From: Mobula hypostoma
Taxonomy: Eukaryota
Direction: 5' to 3'
Assembly (NCBI RefSeq): GCF_963921235.1
Contig: NC_086098.1
Span: forward strand, 3,162,001-3,226,000
Length of the DNA stretch: 64,000 bases
The position numbers and the translations under genes are program-made. The notes beneath the pieces are model-generated. The model searched no databases, had not been told where the DNA came from, and saw only the letters and a list, made by a program, of their open reading frames with translations. This document shows positions 60,399 to 64,000 of the stretch, in pieces; within the stretch, counting starts at the first letter, position 1; each line of letters opens with the position of its first letter.

Positions 60399-61615
60399 TA
60401 CTACGACAGGGGGATGGGAACCAGGATGACAGAGCTGAGGATGAGCCAGCAGGTTTACAAGTAGATGATGGGTGTAACATGAATATAAGGACAAGCCAAT
60501 GATTGAGTACAAATATAGACAGAGCAAAGAGTTAATTGATACCACAGAGGCAAAATTCAAAAGAGTGAAATATGCAGGACTGAAAGTACTGTATTTAAAT
60601 GCGTGTAGCATTTGGAATAAGGTGGATGAAGTCGTGGTGCAATTAGAGATTGGTTGGTATGACATTGAGGGCATCCCTGAGTTATGGCTGAAAGAAGGCC
60701 ATTGTTGGGAGCTTAACATCAAAGGATTTACTTTGTTTCAAAAGGACAGGTAGGAAGGCATAGACAGTTATGTGGCTCTGTTGGTAAGAGATAGAATTAC
60801 ATCCTCAGAAAGAAGTGAAATCAGGTCAGAGAATGTCAGATCTTTATGGGTGAAGTTAAGAAACTGCAAGAGTAAAAAACACATGATACAGACCTCCAAA
60901 TATTAGCCAAGATGTGGTGTTGAAATTGGAAAGAAAGCTGCAAAAGACCTGAAATAAGAGTAATGTCACAATTGTCACAGGGGATTTCAACATGCGAGGG
61001 GATTGGGAAAATCAGGATGGTGTCGGATTGAAAGAGAGGAAATTTGTTGAATGCCTACGAGATGGACTTTTAAAGCAGCTTGTGCTCGAGCCTACTCAGG
61101 GAAAGGCTATCTTCGATTGAGTGTTGTGTAATAACCCAGATCTTATTCAGGAGCTTAAGGTAAGGAACACTTAAGAAACAGCGATCATAATATGATTGAA
61201 TTCATACTGCAATTTGAGAGGGAGAAGCATAACTCACATGTATCAGTATTACAATGGAATAAAGGGAATTACAGAGGCATGAGAGAGGAGCTTGCCCAGG
61301 TGGATTGGAGAAGGATATTGGTGGGGATGGCAGCAGAGCAGAGATGGCTGAAGTTTCTGGGAATAGTTCACAAGGCACAGGATAGATACGTCCCACAGAG
61401 GAAGAAGTTCTCTAATGGCAGGGGTAGGCAACCATGGCTGACAAAGGAAGTTAAGGACTAAGGACTGTATAAGAACCAAGGTAAGGGCATACAGTATGAA
61501 GTTGCAAAAGTGAGTGGGAAGTTGGAGGATTGGGAAGCTTTCAAAATCCAACAAAAGGCAACTAAAAAAGCTATCAGAAGGCAAAAGATGAAATTTGAGG
61601 AAAGACTAGACAATA

Positions 61616-62452
61616 ACAGAATCAGAATTAGGTTTATTATTACTGACATGTGACGAGAAATTGGTTAAATTAACAGCAGCAGTTCAATGCAATACATAAT
61701 CTAGCAGAAAAAAATAATAAATAAAAGAAAAATAATTATAATAATTAAACAAGTAAATCAATTACGTATATTGAATAGATTTTTAAAATGTACAAAAACA
61801 GAAATACTGTATATTTAAAAAAAAGTGAGGTAGTGTCCAAAGATTCAATGTCCATTTAGGAATCGGATGGCAGAGGGGAAGAAGCTGTTCCTGAATCGCT
61901 GAGTGTGTGCCTTTAGGCTTCTGTACCTCCTACCTGACGTTAACAGTGAGAAAAGGGAATACCCTGGGTGCTGGTGGTCCTTAATAATGGACGTTGCCTT
62001 TCTGAGACACTGCTTCCTAAAGACGTCCTGGGTACTTTGTAGGCTAGTAGACAAGATGGAGCTTATTAGATTTACAACCTTCTGTAGCTTCTTTCGGTCC
62101 TGTGCAGTAGCCCCTCCATACAGACAGTGATGCAGCCTGTCAGGATGCTCTCCACGGTACAACTATAGAAGTTTTTGAGTGTATTTGTTGACATGTCAAA
62201 TCTCTTCAAACTCCTAAAAAAGTATAGTCGCTGTCTTGCCTTCTTTATAAGTACATCAATATGTTGGGACCAGGTTAGATACTCAGCGATCTTGACACCC
62301 AGGAACTTGAAGCTGCTCGCTCTCTCCACTTCTGATCTTCTGATCCCTCTATGAGGATTGGTATGTGTTCCTTCATCTTACCCTTTCTTCAATCTGCTCT
62401 TTTGGCTTACTGACGTTGAGTGCCAGGTTGTTGCTGCAGCACCACTCCACTA
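61616..62452 (-). mobile_element. Young Rex1/Babar LINE 3' part
   Basis: ORFs 62072-62329 and 61845-62162; (ATTCTG)n tail; close match to 23125-23960. Confidence 0.88.
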
Positions 62453-62931
62453 GTTTGTTTTCTTGCAACAAGATGGTCCTATCGAGGGGTGATGGGAGAC
62501 AGCGATACTCGAAGGGGGTTACTTATGTCCAGTCTATTCCGCAATTTAGTTTTCGTTGCATTCATTGCAGAAAAGTCTGCTTCGCAGAGACATGATGTTG
62601 GAAATGAAAGCAACATTTTCAGTGCTTCCGTGACTATCTCAGGATATTTAGCCTTGACTTTGATCCAGAATGCCGGCAGAGATGTTATGTCAAACATACT
62701 TTTCAGCCCGCCGTCATTTGCAAGCTCGAGGAGTTGATCTTCTTCCCGTGCTGACATGGATGACGCGTGCGTAATGACCGTGCGTGCGTTCAAATTCAAC
62801 AGTGGGCATGACAGGGAATGAGGAAAGGTGCAGGTGACTCATATCGCCAAATCATATCGTTTCCTCACGGCCCGGTAGTGCATGCTTTGCGGCCCGGTAC
62901 CGGTCCGCAGCCCGGTAGTTGGGAACCGCTG
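62453..62931 (-). mobile_element. hAT (Charlie/Buster) non-autonomous transposon, one end lost
   Basis: Transposase C-terminus FWIKV..YPEI..ALK.LL.FPTS.LCE..FS..KTKLRNRLDI; TIR CAGCGGTTCCCAAC at 62931; repeated (G)GCCCGGT subterminal motifs; adjacent 8-mer ATCTAGAT fits the nnnTAnnn Buster target. Confidence 0.85.
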
Positions 62932-64000
62932 ATCTAGATATCAGGGGTCATGAAGTGTGTGAAATTACCATTAGTAGAGAGAGAAAATTATTGGGAAACT
63001 AAAAGGTCTGAAGGTAGATAAATCACCAGGACCAGGTAGTGTACACCCCAGAGTTCTGAAAGAGGTGGCTGAAGAGATTGTAAAGGCTTTAGTAATGATC
63101 TTTCAAGAATCACTAGATTCTAGAATGGTTACAGAAGACTGGAAAATTGTGAATGTCATTCACTCTTCAAGAAGGGAGAGAGTCAGAATAAAAGAAACTA
63201 TAGGCCAGTTAGTCTGTCCTCAGTGGTTAGGAAGACGTTGGAGTTGATTATTAAAGATGAGGTCACAGGGTACTTGGAGGCACATGATAAAATAGGCCGT
63301 AGACAGCATGGTTTCACCAGAGGAAAATCTTCCCAAACAAATCTGTTGGAATTATTTGAAGAAATAACAGGTAGGATAGACAAAGGAATCGTAATGTTGA
63401 GTACTTGGATTTTCAGAAGGTCTTTGACAAGGTGCCACACATGAGGCTGTTTAACAAGCTACGTGGTATTACCGGAAAGATTCTAGCATGGATAAAGCAG
63501 TGGCTGATTGGCAGGAGGCAACGAGTGGGAATAAAAGGAGCCCTTTTTGCCAGTGACCAGTGGTGTTCCACAGGGGTCTGTTTTGGGATGATGGAATTCA
63601 TGACTTTGTTGTAAAGTTTGCAGATGATTTGAAGATAAGTGGAGGGGCAGGTAATTTTGAGGAAGTAGAGAGGCTACAGAAGGACTTGGATGGATTGGGG
63701 GAATGGGCAAGGAAGTGGCAGATGGAACACAGTGTTGGGAAGTGTATGATCATGCATTTTGGTAGAAGAAATGAAAGGGTTGGCTATTTTCTCAATGGAG
63801 AGGAAACACAAAAACAGAGGCGCAAGTGGACTTGGGAGTCCTTGTGCAAGATTCCCTAAAAGTTAATTTGCAGGGCGAATCTGGTGAGGAAGGCAAGTTA
63901 GTGTTAATTTCAAGAGGACTAGAATATAAAGGCAAGGATGTGATGTTGAAACTTTATAAAGCACTGGTAACACCTCACTTGGAGTATGCACAATTTTGGA

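Larger units (their letters stand above)
60405..64000 (+). mobile_element. Long decayed CR1 ORF2 (runs off the window), interrupted at 61616-62939
   Basis: GLKVLYLNACSIWNKVDE (EN start), GDFN, SDHNMIEF, LKVDKSPGP, DFQKVFDKVPH, KFADD. Confidence 0.88.

Noticed and set aside
62479..62799. ZBED5/Buster-derived host gene
   Set aside because: Only the C-terminal ~90 aa are present, directly fused to a TIR; this is an internally deleted transposon.

Overview
This window is eukaryotic, repeat-dense vertebrate non-coding DNA (intronic or intergenic). The repeat families (HER1-type CR1 LINEs, HE1/V-SINE-type SINEs, abundant Penelope pLTR fragments) suggest a cartilaginous fish, probably a ray; this is an inference. 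No host protein-coding gene, RNA gene, CRISPR array or prokaryotic feature could be supported. Almost every ORF in the supplied track is a decayed transposon ORF or its antisense shadow. Content: many CR1 and Rex1/Babar LINE fragments; one near full-length but disrupted L1-clade LINE (26860-32827); Penelope-like elements, including short hairpin mini-copies with 13-15 bp target-site duplications, two of which carry an intact minimal hammerhead-ribozyme core; two solo LTRs with 4-bp TSDs; Tc1 and hAT/Buster remnants; an RTE 3' end; tRNA-derived SINEs; several non-autonomous non-LTR families; and two minisatellites. Nesting is deep. Family names come from recognition of motifs by eye, not database searches. 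Boundaries without a stated TSD are approximate (about +/-30 bp).
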